Source: Glaucostegus cemiculus (taxonomy: Eukaryota). From it: DNA of 64,000 nt. A program made the translations under genes and the position numbers. This document shows positions 37,091-49,307 of the stretch, one piece after another. The stretch spans positions 8,618,001 to 8,682,000 of the forward strand of contig CDPCPM010000180.1 of NCBI GenBank assembly GCA_976551045.1, given 5' to 3'. Numbering within the stretch: the stretch's first letter is position 1; each line of letters begins with the position of its first letter. Below the pieces are notes generated by a model. The model saw only the letters and a program-made list of their open reading frames with translations, searched no databases and was not told the DNA's origin.

Positions 37091-37689
37091 CTTTGAAAAA
37101 TAACATAATATGCCAATTATATGCTTTTAAACTCCATTGAGCTATACTTTAAAATATTCAACAAGCAAAATTACTGTGATGATCAGGATAAATCTCGCTA
37201 TGAATCATTATGAGCTATAACAAAGATTTTTCAATGATAACATTTTCAAAATCCTTATCAGAAGGTGATACTTTAACATATATTTGGTTTGCTAGATTTA
37301 AAACATATTGGGAACCTTGCTATTGGGACACTGAAGTGCTTTGTGTCTGATAATGTGTTGTAGTGTCAGAACAAAAGGTCAAAAAAGCACTCTAATATCA
37401 TTTCAGCTTCCTCCATCTGCACTTGTTATATAATAACTGTTCAACATCACATTTGCTGCTTTAAACTATTTAGGCGTAAACAGACTTGATTAGCTTTCAT
37501 GTGTATAAATTTGGTTGAGCATGAATATTAGAAAGGGAAAATCACACAAGAAAATCCAATCTGTGGCATATTGTGAATGGAGGAGACCGAACACAGAGAA
37601 TTTTGAGAGACCCATTTTGCGACACAAAAGATAACAAAACGTGTAGCTTCTGCATATGAAGTGACAACTTTGGAGAGCACGAAAGAAAC

Positions 37690-38676
37690 AATCAGAATCA
37701 GAATCAGTTTTATTGTCACAACCACATACATACAAAGTATGCAGAGGAGCGATATACCGTCCTCCTCAGGTGCTCGTCCCATACAAAAATAACATAACAA
37801 CCAACAGAGAGACACATACACACTTGGCAGAATGCATAGTACAGATCATTACACCTTAAAAGCTAAGGGGATTGAACTTAAATTCAGGATCAATTTATCG
37901 ATTTTCACTTACACGTATACATGTGCAAAAGACATCAAAGACAATAAAGGACACCTGGACAAAAACATCAAAACATTAACAGCCCCCCTGCCTCACCCCG
38001 CACCGACGACCACCTCCAACCCCCTCCAACCCCCGCAGTCCTACAACCTCAGGGCCCACAGACCATCAACAACCTCCGGCCCCGCAGTCCGACCACCTCC
38101 GGCCCCTTCGCCTCCGGCCCCGCAGGCCGACGACCCCCGGCTCCTTCGCCTCCGGCCCCGCAGGCCGACGACCCCCGGCTCCTTCGCCTCCGACTCCGCA
38201 GTCCGACGACCTCCGGCCCCGAATTCCGGCCTCGCAGTCCGACGACCTCCGGCCCCGAATTCCGGCCTCGCAGTCCGACGGCCTCCGGCCCCGAATTCCG
38301 GCCTCGCAGTCCGACGGCCTCCGGCCCCGAATTCCGGCCTCGCAGTCCGACGGCCTCCGGCCCGAATTCCGACTCCGCAGTCCGACGACCTCAAGCCCCG
38401 CAGGCCGACCACCTCCGGCCCGAGCAGCCCCCTCACCACCCGCATCCCGACGCCACCACGAGGCTCCCGGGCCTTCAAGACGCTGCCGCCTCCGATGAGC
38501 TCCGACGAGCCGTCGGAGCCGACAGTACCGACAACGACTCCATAAAACGGCACACAAACATCAAGAACAAAGAACACACAAGAAAAAAACACAGAAAAAC
38601 ACTAGAAGACTAACAAAAAAAGACAAGGACTACAGACCTGGGAGAGGCCGCTGCAACCAGGTGCGCCGCCATCTTA
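37690..38676 (-). mobile_element. Non-autonomous Rex1-derived retroelement with internal GC-rich VNTR
   Basis: The 3' ~145 bp and (GATTCT)n tail are highly similar to the Rex1 3' end at 32621-32770; the 5' end starts AAGATGGCGGCG; no RT remnant seen; the middle is a tandem array. Confidence 0.8.
38070..38430 (+). repeat. CpG-rich minisatellite (36-bp unit x4 plus partial; related 38-bp unit x2)
   Basis: Unit cgcagtccgacggcctccggccccgaattccggcct repeated near-perfectly; upstream unit cttcgcctccggccccgcaggccgacgacccccggctc. Confidence 0.95.
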
Positions 38677-39259
38677 AGTCAACAACATGTTTTAGTAGTT
38701 CTCCATGTCTCTTTCTGATTCATTGTATTCCTGGCACCACACATTGTAAGACATAAGGACCTGCATTTATGTTACAAATTCATGATAGCTATAGGACATA
38801 TGAACCACCACGTGAAAATAAAATGGGTGTTTGTGTCAGGCAATGAGATTTAACTATGAGCTGACAACACTTGTGACCACAGTGGAAGTTCGAAATATTG
38901 GCAGCACTTCTGGGAGCAGCAGTAAACCCTGAGTCCCAATTAAAAAGTGTGGGCATGCAGGTGAATACAGACCATAATTCCATGTAAGATTTGGCTTGAA
39001 AGGCTCTGGGGCAAATGCTTTGGGTAAACACTAGCATGATTCTTGTGGAGAAGAGCAAAGGTACACAAAATCATACAAATAGTGGAGCAAATTTAGGTCT
39101 ATATATACTGCAATTAGAGAACTCCAACAGCTCAATGAAGGGAAATCACATTAAGAAACATTGCAATTAGTTTAATGAGTCACAGGGTGCAATCATTAAG
39201 CTAAATAGACAGTGAGGTGGCAGGAAACTTTACATGTTGTGGTGTGACATTAGCTTTGA

Positions 39260-42200
39260 CAGGAATGGTGTCAGTATAAGAATAGTGTAAAATGTCTGTT
39301 AAGTCTCTAACTGGTTACATTGAAAGTTATTCTGTTAACTGAAGTGGGTTCAAATAGAATAGTAACTTAAGTCTTTTAATGTCACAGAAAGCAAACTATG
39401 TTTTGCTTTATGAATTAGTGCAAATGTTATAGGATAATTTCAATCAGAAATTGTAGAAAGCTACACATTTGGATGTAGGAATCAGAAATCAAGCAATTAT
39501 GTCAACAAGAACATTTTTTTATTGAAGGATGTATCTCAGCGCTTCAACCTTGACATCTTCCACTTCATTACAAAAATGTTTGTGGTTTAATGAACTTACT
39601 TAAGGTTAACAAAAATGTAAGATCTCACACTTGAAATTTCGTGGAACATCACAGAATTCAAGGCATTAAGAGATATTCAAGAAAATTTTCCAAAGCAAGG
39701 TACAAATATCTTGGCAGATTGCAATCATAGAGCAGTCATGAAGATGAGAATTCCAAAGCAGAATCCAGTTATATAGGTGAGTCTGACTTGAGCTGATAGA
39801 ATGGAAGTCAGCCAGTGTACACATGCCAATTCAAAATGGCAAAATGTTTCAACTGTCAGCAAAAATGTACTTAATGTGTAAATCTAAAACCATGATAGCC
39901 AGGCAAGCAACTCAAACCATGTGATTCTTTTTTCACAGTAGGGACGTTTTTGCACTTAGGATACACAGAGGATAAGTTTGCTTTATATTGAAGCTAATGA
40001 GAATGATGGAGATTTGTGCTTATATAATACCAATGACAATGTTGTAAAGCATAAGGAATTCATCACAAAATTATCATTAAATCATCAAAATTATCATTAA
40101 AAAACTTCATCACTGACAGACATCCTAGTGGGAAAGTATGCAGGTAGGTCCAGAATACCTGTGTAGGTCATACAGGTTACAATGTCCATGGCTGTGTCAA
40201 GCAACAAGTATTGAAGAAGAAAATTTTTGAACATTAGGTGTTCAGGTGGCTACGTAAGTGGGTGGCATTGTGGCGCAGCCAGTAGAGCCGCTGTCTCACA
40301 GCACTAGAGATTGGGTTCAATCCTCACCTTAGGTGCTACCTTGTTAAATTTGCATGTTTATCCTGTGACTGCGTGGGTTTCCTCTGGGTGCTCCAGTTTC
40401 CTCCCAGATCCTAAAGACATGCAGGTTGGTAGGTTACTTGGCCACTGTAAATTCTCCCTGATGGGTAGGCAAGTGGTGGAATCTGGGGGAAGTTGATGAG
40501 AATGAAGGGAGAATACAAACTGGGATTAATGCGGTAAAAATGGGTGGTTGATGATTGGCTTTGATTTAGTGTGCTGAAGGGCCTGTTTCTGTCATTTGTT
40601 CTCTCTCTCTCTCTCTCTCTCTCACTCACTCACTCAAGCCATAGAGTGTGATCTATAATTAATCATATAATGGACAATGGTCAAGAAACGACTATTTTGA
40701 TTTTAGCATGTAACAATAAAGAATGAAAGAAACAAACAATGCTCAAATTGAGGAAGAGGCATTAGGAATTGTCCTTGGAATAAAAACATTTCATCACTTT
40801 TTACTGGACAGATGTTTTACTGTGGTCACAGACCATAACGAGCCTTTGTAAGCAGTCCTTGGTCCTGGTAATGCCAACAAAGCTGAAGGTGGCTACGTCA
40901 AGGATGCAGGGGTGGACCGTTTTCATATCACAATATAATTAGTCAATCAAATATAGAACTTCAAATACAATGTGATGGCAGAAATGTTGCAAGATCACAA
41001 GAATTCAGATATAGAGTGTGAGAGCCTGATTTTCACATTGAGGACAGTGGAAGATAATTTTCCAGTTACAGCAATGGAGATAGCTGAGAAGACACAAAGC
41101 CATGCAATCAGTGAACATAGAAATATAATGTTCTTAAAGCACTGTACAAAAAAATACTTTGAAAGGATGGACTGAATCAGACAAATTTCTAAGAAATAAC
41201 ATGACACTATATATACTATAAGAGTTATCAATGGAATAATGTTGTATTAAATGGGGACATAAAATCATTGAGAAGACAGATCTTAGAAGTACTTCAAAAT
41301 TAACATCCTGGCAGATTGCTTCAAAATAAACATTCAATTGCCTATTGTCTTTGATTACTATCTTGTATTAAAAATAGATCTTGAAGAGCAAGGATACTAT
41401 TTGGCAAGATTGCAGATGAACTAGCCAAGGACATCATTATAGAGTGAAAGTGGCCACCGAGACCTTTTCACAGAGTTTAGTGCAACAGTCACTGGAAATG
41501 AATCAAAGTAAATTTGTTGGGTCCTGTACAAAAAAAGAATCCAGATTAATTTTCTCATGTCAGGATTTACCAGATTAGTTAGCCTTTATCTTCAGTTTTT
41601 CATTTTTATTTGAATGCTTTATGAAACAAAATGGTATTAACCGCAGGCTTATTTCATCATACTATCCAGTGTCAAATGGGGCAGCGGAAAGATCTGTGAG
41701 AGCTATCTCTTTCTTGCTTACTTTACAAGATTTACAAGGGGGGTGCTCAAGTTTAACAACAAAACATTGATGAGCAAACATTTTCCTAAACTACAGAACA
41801 ACGCCAGATTCCTCAACAAATTAAATTCCTGCTGATTTATTAATGTGTAGAAGACTCAACATTATTGTGATTAATTCAGCCAAAGCTGGAGGGGAAAGAG
41901 ACACAGTTGAGACAGAAACAAAAGTATGACATAATTTATAGTGAAAGACATTTTAAGCAACATGTTAGAGTTTGTGTATTGGTGCCAAAAAAATCTGACT
42001 TTGGAAGAGATATCTTGTGAAAATAGGAGACAGGAGCATGTAAATCATTTAATTCCTGCTTACAAGAGAATATTGAAGAATTATGTGATCTCAAGTTTAC
42101 TCCAGTGGGGACTGTGAAAGAAGCAATGCATGATTCTACTGATTTGAGTCAAAAGGCAACACCTTTCTCAGGTGAAGAAATGGATACAACACTAATGACT

Positions 42201-42410
42201 CAAGTTCCTTTGAGGAAATCAAAGAGGCTTAGAAAGTCTGCAGAGGGATTAAATCTGTTAACAATGTGAATCACTCTTTTATATCAAATAAGGAAAGAAG
42301 TGCAGTGTATCTAAAGGTCTGATGTACATCCACCTGCATAGTTCAGGTATAGTGGAATAAATAATAAATACAAATTCTCCTTAGTGATTCATTACATTCC
42401 TGACACTATA
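39260..42410 (+). mobile_element. Highly decayed Gypsy/Ty3 LTR retrotransposon
   Basis: Zinc-knuckle remnant (~39800-39890), RNase [21 protein letters not shown]...FTVVTDH (40741-40840), integrase YYPVSNGAAERSV (41660-41700) and FLNYRTTP (41782-41810). Purine tract at ~42285-42300 before a TG-starting putative LTR; possible PBS tggtgtcag at ~39266. Confidence 0.75.
40258..40592 (+). mobile_element. Older V-SINE nested in the Gypsy remnant, followed by (CT)n/(CACT)n microsatellite to ~40635
   Basis: A-box-like TGGCGCAGCCAGTAG, B box GGTTCAATCC, V-domain gcgtgggtttcctctgggtgctccagtttcctccca. Confidence 0.8.
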
Positions 42411-42754
42411 TATATTGCAATAAAGACCCACACCACATTGGGATTATGTTTTTGTGGCTAGGCATTCTCAGTGCAAAGCAACAATCAAAGGTGCCCTGAT
42501 AAGAAAAATTGGACGATTACAATGATGGCTTCTGTGTCCATCAGTTTAAAGCGACAGAAAAAGGAGGAATGGATATCCAAAATTTCCTGGCCAGCCCTCT
42601 CTGGCAACATCCAATTTATAATCCTCAAATTTTTAGTTTTGTTTGTTTCCAAAAATCGCTCTCCCTTTGATAATTGTAAAGATGTTCTGAGTCAAATACT
42701 ATCACCGTTTGATGTACAAAATATTTAACTGGCAGGTGGTCTTGGAGGGAATCA

Positions 42755-43990
42755 GAGAACCCAGAGGGCTAACAGGGGTTATGTAATGTCCTTGGAGAAT
42801 AGGATTAAAGACAATCCCAAAGCATTTTATACATACTTTAAAAACAAAAGGATAGCTTGACAGAGGGTAGAACCAGTCAAAGACAATGGAGGGAATTCAT
42901 GCCTGGAGCCAGGGGAAATGGGCAAGGCACTCAACATGTACCTGGAAGATAGTGAGATCAGGGTGGGCTATGTTGATATTCTAGGACATGTTGATATCAA
43001 AGAGAAGGAGGTGCTGGGTCTCTTGAAGCAGATTCACGTGATTAAGTCCCTAGGTGCTGGCGGGATTGATCCCAGAGAGAAGAGAGAAAAACGCTGGGGC
43101 CTTGATCTTTGTGTCCTCTTTAGCCACGGGCGAGATCCCAGAGGACTGGAGAACAGCCAGTGTTGTTCCTCTGCTAAAGAAGGGCAATAGAGACAAACCA
43201 GGAAATTATAGTCCAGTGAACCTTATATATCAGTGACAGGGAAATTATTGGAGAAGATTCTTAAGGATAGGATCTACTCTGGAAAAAGCATAGACCTATT
43301 TGGAATAGTCAGTATGGCTTTTTTCAGGGGAGGCCATAATCTTACAAATGGATTGATTTAGAGATGGTGCTGAAGTTGTTCGCAGGATGTTACCTGGATT
43401 AGAGAGTGTTAGCTATAAGGAGAAGTTGGACAAACTTGGAGTGCTTGCAGCTAAGCAACAACCTGATAAAAGTATAGTAAATTATATGGCAAGTTTTTTT
43501 ACACAGAAAATGGCAGGTGCCTGGAACACATTGCCAGGGGAAGTGGTGGAAGCAGATCTGATAGCAATGTTTAAAGAGTTTAGATAAGACACATGAACAG
43601 GCAGGGAATTGAAGCATATAGACCATGAGCAGGCAGATGTGCAGTTTAAGTTGGCATTGTGGTCAACACAGACCTTGTGGACTGAAGGGCCAGTTACTGT
43701 GCAGTACGATGGGCGGCACGATAGCGTAGCGGTTAGTGTGGCGTTGTTACAGCGCCAGCGATCAGTGTTTGATTCCCGTCGCTGACTGTAAGGAGTTTGT
43801 ACGTTCTCCCGTATCTGCGTGGGTTTCCTCCGGGTGCTCCAGTTTTCTCCCACATTCTGAAAGACGTACAGGTAGGTTAATTTGGGGGTTTAAACAATGG
43901 GCAGCATGGACTCGTTGGGCCGAAAGGGCCTGTTACCACGCTGTAAATAAAATTTAAAAATTTAATTTAAAAAACTGTTCTATGTTCTAC
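42755..43990 (+). mobile_element. Degenerate CR1 fragments with V-SINE (43710-43972) inserted in the 3' tail
   Basis: IKDNPKAFYTY, PEDWRTASVVPLLKKGNRDKPGNYSPV, MLPGLESVSYKEKLDKLG; tail ctgttctatgttcta resumes after the SINE. Confidence 0.8.
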
Positions 43991-46205
43991 CTTACACATA
44001 TCACCAGAACCACAGTAAAGGAATCCTTATCTCACATTATTTAAAATAATGTGTTTTATTTGAATTATATCTTGAAAATAGAACAGAATTAAGCTTACAA
44101 AAAAAAAGATGAATGTTCATTCTAACTGAGGCAGGAAAGAAAGAAATTGTATTATCCACCTGGGCCTGGGTTTATGCCTTTGTAACAAGCAGGAGCAGGA
44201 AATAAGGCACTTCTTTATCTGTCTCCTTTAGCATGTTCTGTAAAATCTGCCTGTTCTAATGGAGCTTTTGGTTACCTGTTTGAAAGTACCACATTTTATC
44301 TGCTCTTGCAAAGCACCTTAGGGTTTTGTAGTACTATGTGGTGCTATATAAATGCAAATTCCTGCTAAGAAATAAAAAGAAGGCAAAAGACTGTGAATGC
44401 ATTTGATTTTAATTTATATTGTGACAACTGCAAAAAAAGCAAAACAAAACACTTTTGAGAGTGGAAAATTGAAATGACATTAGTAAATGCAGGAAATACT
44501 CTGCAAACCAGATGGCTCCTGTGAAAAGATAAATAGTTTTGTAGGGGAGCTGGACCCCCTGACAAAGTTTGCAAAATAAGGCTGCAGTGTGGGTTTGCAG
44601 AGACAGGAAAGAGGAGGGGTCAAAGGCTGGTAACCACAAAAAGGTGGTATTGTGGACACATAAAGAACATGGATCAGGAGGATATTGCAGAATGTACAGT
44701 ACTTCAGGTTGTGGTGTATGTGTGTGGGAGAAGGCAGGGAAGGTACACAATTGATGGGGTTTTTGGGAGTGGGAGCCTGGTAGAGTTCAGAGGGGGAGAG
44801 ATAATTTCTTTGAAGGACAGGAAGGTGCAGGGCAAATACTCCCATTTCTACTGGCCTGTATGTAGTATTGGAAAAGGCCATATCTGTCACAATGTTGATT
44901 GAAGAGCAAGCTCACAGAGAACCCAAATGCAGCACACTGGTACAAGACTGGAGTCAGGATACTTCCTCAGGACCAAACACAGGCAGCAACTGGAAGGAAA
45001 TCTTGCCTCAGGGATCTGAGTAGTAATCCTAACACAAACTGAATCTTCAAGCAGGAATAGAAAACACAGGACTGCTCTGGAATAGACCATTCTAAGCAGC
45101 TAGGAGCCAACATATACTTGAAGGTTGACCAATCCTCTGGCCACTAGTGCTAGAGAAACCCAGGTACTTATGCTAGGTCCTTGATGGGGCTCAGGTGTGT
45201 GTCATTATGCAATCAGTCCAGGATGGAATCCATGTGCTGTACAATGAGGCATCTAAGGAACAAAATCAAGGGCCAGTACTCAGAATCATGACAATAACTG
45301 ATGAAAGGATTCTTATTATGGAGTTTAACTTTTACCCTGCACCTCCCCCACAACCCTCAGCTGTATTAGATTCTTCTCTTTCATTAGAGTTTTACACTCC
45401 CTTAAATAGCGGCTTTGTAACATTGTCATTAGTGCTATCCTGTAGCCTGTTCATTATTCCGAATTCCAAGTGTCTTGTTTAAAATAACAACTAATGCAAA
45501 ACTGTTAATAAGTTAAAGACACTGATCTCAGCTTTACTGTTGCTCTGGAGTTGTGTCACTGCTTTGTGCATAGAAGCAGTTGTGAAGTGTTAAATTTATA
45601 ATCTGCCTGCTTATTTGTGGTGCGATGGAATGTATCTGTTCCATGCCAGAAGTGGGGCCAATGGTAATATTAATCTGTCACATATGACATTGCCGTATAA
45701 TTGAATGTAATTTAAACATCAAATCAACATTACTCATGCTGGGTTATGTTACGCTCCACTGAATCACCTACGAGTAATGTATTTGCAAAAATTTGCATTA
45801 AATTAAAATGGTACACATGAACTCCTGACTGATGAATATAAACACTGGTCTGCATGTTGGTTTATGTAATTTATTACTTGGTCCTTCTACACCGCAGACC
45901 ATGTGCTACTCCATTTAAGCAACATTCAATTGAAGCCATTGCCTGATAGCTGCTTGGTAAAATGGAATTTAAGAATTGCACATTATGTAGAAATGCTGTT
46001 GCATGAAAGAGTAGAGAAAGAAAGATATTTTTTTCAATAGTACCTTTCATAACCTCTAAATGCCCTTTTTTCCAAATGTAAAATTGGAAATATATCAGCA
46101 AGGTCTCACAAACAGAGGTGGTAAGAACATAGAACATAGAACAATACAGTACAGAACAGGCCCTTCGGCCCATCAAGCTGTGCCATCCTACAAACATCTC
46201 CCATA

Positions 46206-49200
46206 CTAACTCTTTCCACCCTCATATCCTACTATTCCACATTCTTCCATGTGCTTATCTAACAATCTCTTAAACCTGTCCAATGTATCTGCCTCCACTA
46301 CCACCCCAGGCAGTGCATTCCATGCACCAAGCACTCTCTGGGTGAAAAACTTCCCTCTGACATCTCCCCTATACTTTCCACCAATTATCTTAAAGGCATG
46401 CCCTCTCGTCTTGAGCATCTGCGCTCTGGGAAAGAGGCGCTGACTATTAACTCTATCTATTCCTCTCAATACCTTAGACACCTCTATCAAGTCCCCTCTC
46501 ATCCTCCTCCTCTCTAATGAGTAGAGCCCTAGCACCTTAAGCCTCTCTTTATATTCCATACCCTCCAATCCAGGCATCATCATGGTAAATCGCCTCTGCA
46601 CCCTCTCCAACGCCTCCACATCCTTCCTATAATGCAGCGACCAGAACTGAACACAATATTCCAAGTGCGGCCTAACTAGAGTTTTGTAAAGCAGCATCAT
46701 CACCTCTCTGCTCTTGAACTCAATCCCTTTATTTATAAAAGCCAACATCCCATAAGCCTTCTTAACAGCCCTATCCACCTGCGAGGCAACTTTGAGTGAA
46801 CTGTGGATATGAACCCCCAGGTCCCTCTGCTCCTCTACACTGCCAAGAACCTTGCCATTTACCTTATACTCTGTCCTGGAGTTTGTCCTCCCAAAGTGCA
46901 CCACCTCACACTTCTCTGGATTAAACTCCATCTGCCACCTGTCAGCCCGGTTCTGCATCCCATCAATATCCCCCTGTAAGCTCCTACAGTCCTCCACACT
47001 ATCTACCACACCACCGATCTTGGTGTCATCTGCAAACTTACCAACCCATCCCTCCACTCCTTCATCTAAATCATCTATGAATATAACAAAGAGTAGAGGC
47101 CCCAGAACCGATCCCTGCGGGACTCCACTAGTCACAGCCCTCCAATCCGAGGGCACTCCCTCCACCACAACCCTCTGCCTTCTACAGGAAAGCCAATTTC
47201 TTATCCACACAGCCAACCTCCCCTGGATACCTCGACCTCTGATCTTGTGAAGAAGCCTGCCTTGATGAACCTTATCGAACTCCTTACTAAAATCCATGTA
47301 CACTACACCCACCGCCCTGCCCTCATCAAGCTTCCTCGTCACCTCCTCAAAGAACTCTATCAGGCTCGTGAGGCAAGATCTTTTTTTCACAAAGCCATGC
47401 TGACTGTCCCTAATCAGTTCATGACTCTCCAAGTACTCATAGATCCTATCCCTCAAAATCCTTTCCAACAGCTTACCTACCACAGACGTGAGACTCACCG
47501 GTCTGTAATTTCCCAGACTATCTCTACTGCCCTTCTTAAACAAGGGAACAACATTCGCTACCCGCCAATCTTCCGGCACCATCCCCGTGGACAACGAGGA
47601 CTCAAAGATCCTCACCAGCAGATCAACAATCTCCTCCCTCGCCTCCCGAAGCAGCCTGGGGAATATTCCATCGGGCCCCGGAGACTTATCAGTCTTGATA
47701 TTACTTAACAATTTCATCACCTCCTCCCTCTCTATAGCTACATACTCAAGAACATTACCCTTGTCAGCACTCACCGTCACATCATCAAGGCCCCTCTCCT
47801 TGGTGAATACAGAGGAGAAGTATTCATTTAGTACCTCCCCTACCTCTGCTGCCTCCAGGCACATCCTCCCACCTTTGTCCTTAATAGGACCTACCTTTAC
47901 CCTAGTCATCCTTCTGCCCTTCACATAAGAGAAAAAAGCCTTGGGATTTTCCTTAACCCTACGAGCCAACATCTTTTCATGTCCCCTTCTAGCTTTCCTC
48001 AGCTCTTTCTTAAGTTCCCTTCTCACTATACTATACTCCTCACGGGCCACATCAGAGCCTTGCCGCTTACACCTTACGTAAGCCTCCTTCTTCCTCCTAA
48101 CCAGTCTTTCCACCTCTCTTGTCACCCACGGTTCCTTCACTATTCCATTCTTCCTCCGTCTTGCCGGAACATATTTGTCCCCAACATCCTGTAAAACATC
48201 CCTGAACAACGTCCACATCTCTACAGTACACATTCCCTCAAAAAGGACTTCCCAATTTACACTCCCAAGTTCTTTCCTTATAGCCTCATAGTCTGCCCTA
48301 CCCCAATTGAATATCTTCCTATGCTCCCTGCACCTATGTCTGTCCATGACAATTCTAAAGCTTATCGAGGAATGATCACTGTCTCCCAGAGGCTCACCCA
48401 CTAGTAGATCTCTCACCTGTCCCAGTTCATTTCCTAAAACCAGATCCAACACAGCATTCCCTCTAGTCGGTTTGTCAACATACTGCTCCAGAAATCTATC
48501 CTGGACACACTTAACAAACTCATTCCCATCCAAGCCTCTGGCACTGAGCATGTCCCAGTCTACATTCGGGAAGTTGAAATCACCCATTATTACAACTCTA
48601 TTATCTTTGCTTCTGTCCAAGCACTGCCTGCCAATCTGCTCCTCTATATCCCTACTGCTACCTGGGGGCCTATAGTATACTCCCAGCAGCGTAACCACAC
48701 TTTTCCTATTCCTCACTTCCACCCACACCGACTCGAAAGAGGATCCTTCCGCAAACTCAGCCCTTTCCGCAGCTGTAACATCATCCCTGACCAATATTGC
48801 CACCCCTCCTCCTCTTCTCCCCCCTTCCCTATCCTTTTTAAAACACTGAAAACCAGGAATGTTCAATACCCACTCCTGCCCTGACGACAGCCATGTCTCA
48901 GTTATGGCTACAATATCATAATCCCCCATATTTATCCAAGCTCTCAATTCATCACCCTTATTCCTAACACTTCTTGCATTAAAGTAAACACACTTTAGTC
49001 CATCCACTTTAACCCTTTTATAGCCTTCATTCTGCCTCTCCCTCCCCAAAGCCTCACCACCTGCTCGATGCAACTCCTCTCCATCTTCACTACACGTCGA
49101 CTTGATCCTGCATACCTCCTCCTCTAAGCCAAGTTGGTTTCCTTTGCCTTGCCTGTTTAGTTTATCCACCTTTTTACTATTACTGCCTGTACACTGCTTC

Positions 49201-49307
49201 TCCTTCCTCAAAGCAACTCTATCTGTCAGATCTGCCTTTTCTGTAATCCCTACATCCTCTGACCAGCCTTCCTGGTTCCCAACCCCCATCCCAACTAGTT
49301 TAAACAC
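46206..49307 (-). CDS. CR1 ORF2: APE endonuclease + reverse transcriptase (1033 aa, uninterrupted)
   Basis: FNARS, ITETWL, YYRPP, GDFN, LDLVL, SDH; KSPGPDG, NYRPVSLTS, QHGF, YMDFSKEFD, PQGSVLGP, KFADD, DLGV. The called start is GTG; first ATG at codon 7. Confidence 0.95.
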   Translation of the reverse strand: MFKLVGMGVGNQEGWSEDVGITEKADLTDRVALRKEKQCTGSNSKKVDKLNRQGKGNQLGLEEEVCRIKSTCSEDGEELHRAGGEALGRERQNEGYKRVKVDGLKCVYFNARSVRNKGDELRAWINMGDYDIVAITETWLSSGQEWVLNIPGFQCFKKDREGGRRGGGVAILVRDDVTAAERAEFAEGSSFESVWVEVRNRKSVVTLLGVYYRPPGSSRDIEEQIGRQCLDRSKDNRVVIMGDFNFPNVDWDMLSARGLDGNEFVKCVQDRFLEQYVDKPTRGNAVLDLVLGNELGQVRDLLVGEPLGDSDHSSISFRIVMDRHRCREHRKIFNWGRADYEAIRKELGSVNWEVLFEGMCTVEMWTLFRDVLQDVGDKYVPARRRKNGIVKEPWVTREVERLVRRKKEAYVRCKRQGSDVAREEYSIVRRELKKELRKARRGHEKMLARRVKENPKAFFSYVKGRRMTRVKVGPIKDKGGRMCLEAAEVGEVLNEYFSSVFTKERGLDDVTVSADKGNVLEYVAIEREEVMKLLSNIKTDKSPGPDGIFPRLLREAREEIVDLLVRIFESSLSTGMVPEDWRVANVVPLFKKGSRDSLGNYRPVSLTSVVGKLLERILRDRIYEYLESHELIRDSQHGFVKKRSCLTSLIEFFEEVTRKLDEGRAVGVVYMDFSKEFDKVHQGRLLHKIRGRGIQGRLAVWIRNWLSCRRQRVVVEGVPSDWRAVTSGVPQGSVLGPLLFVIFIDDLDEGVEGWVGKFADDTKIGGVVDSVEDCRSLQGDIDGMQNRADRWQMEFNPEKCEVVHFGRTNSRTEYKVNGKVLGSVEEQRDLGVHIHSSLKVASQVDRAVKKAYGMLAFINKGIEFKSREVMMLLYKTLVRPHLEYCVQFWSLHYRKDVEALERVQRRFTMMMPGLEGMEYKERLKVLGLYSLERRRMRGDLIEVSKVLRGIDRVNSQRLFPRAQMLKTRGHAFKIIGGKYRGDVRGKFFTQRVLGAWNALPGVVVEADTLDRFKRLLDKHMEECGIVGYEGGKS

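Noticed and set aside
38190-38380. 36-bp repeats resembling a CRISPR array in unit length
   Set aside because: Units are head-to-tail with no unique spacers, no cas genes are present, and the context is eukaryotic.
37832-38592. 237-aa, 183-aa and 163-aa overlapping ORFs with AVRRPPAPNSGL / GAGGRRTARPEF repeats
   Set aside because: By-products of a stop-poor GC-rich 36-bp VNTR open on both strands; no domain signature.
44540-44900. Possible retroviral/Gypsy protease remnant
   Set aside because: Only a vague resemblance, with no intact DTG/DSG motif or supporting domains.
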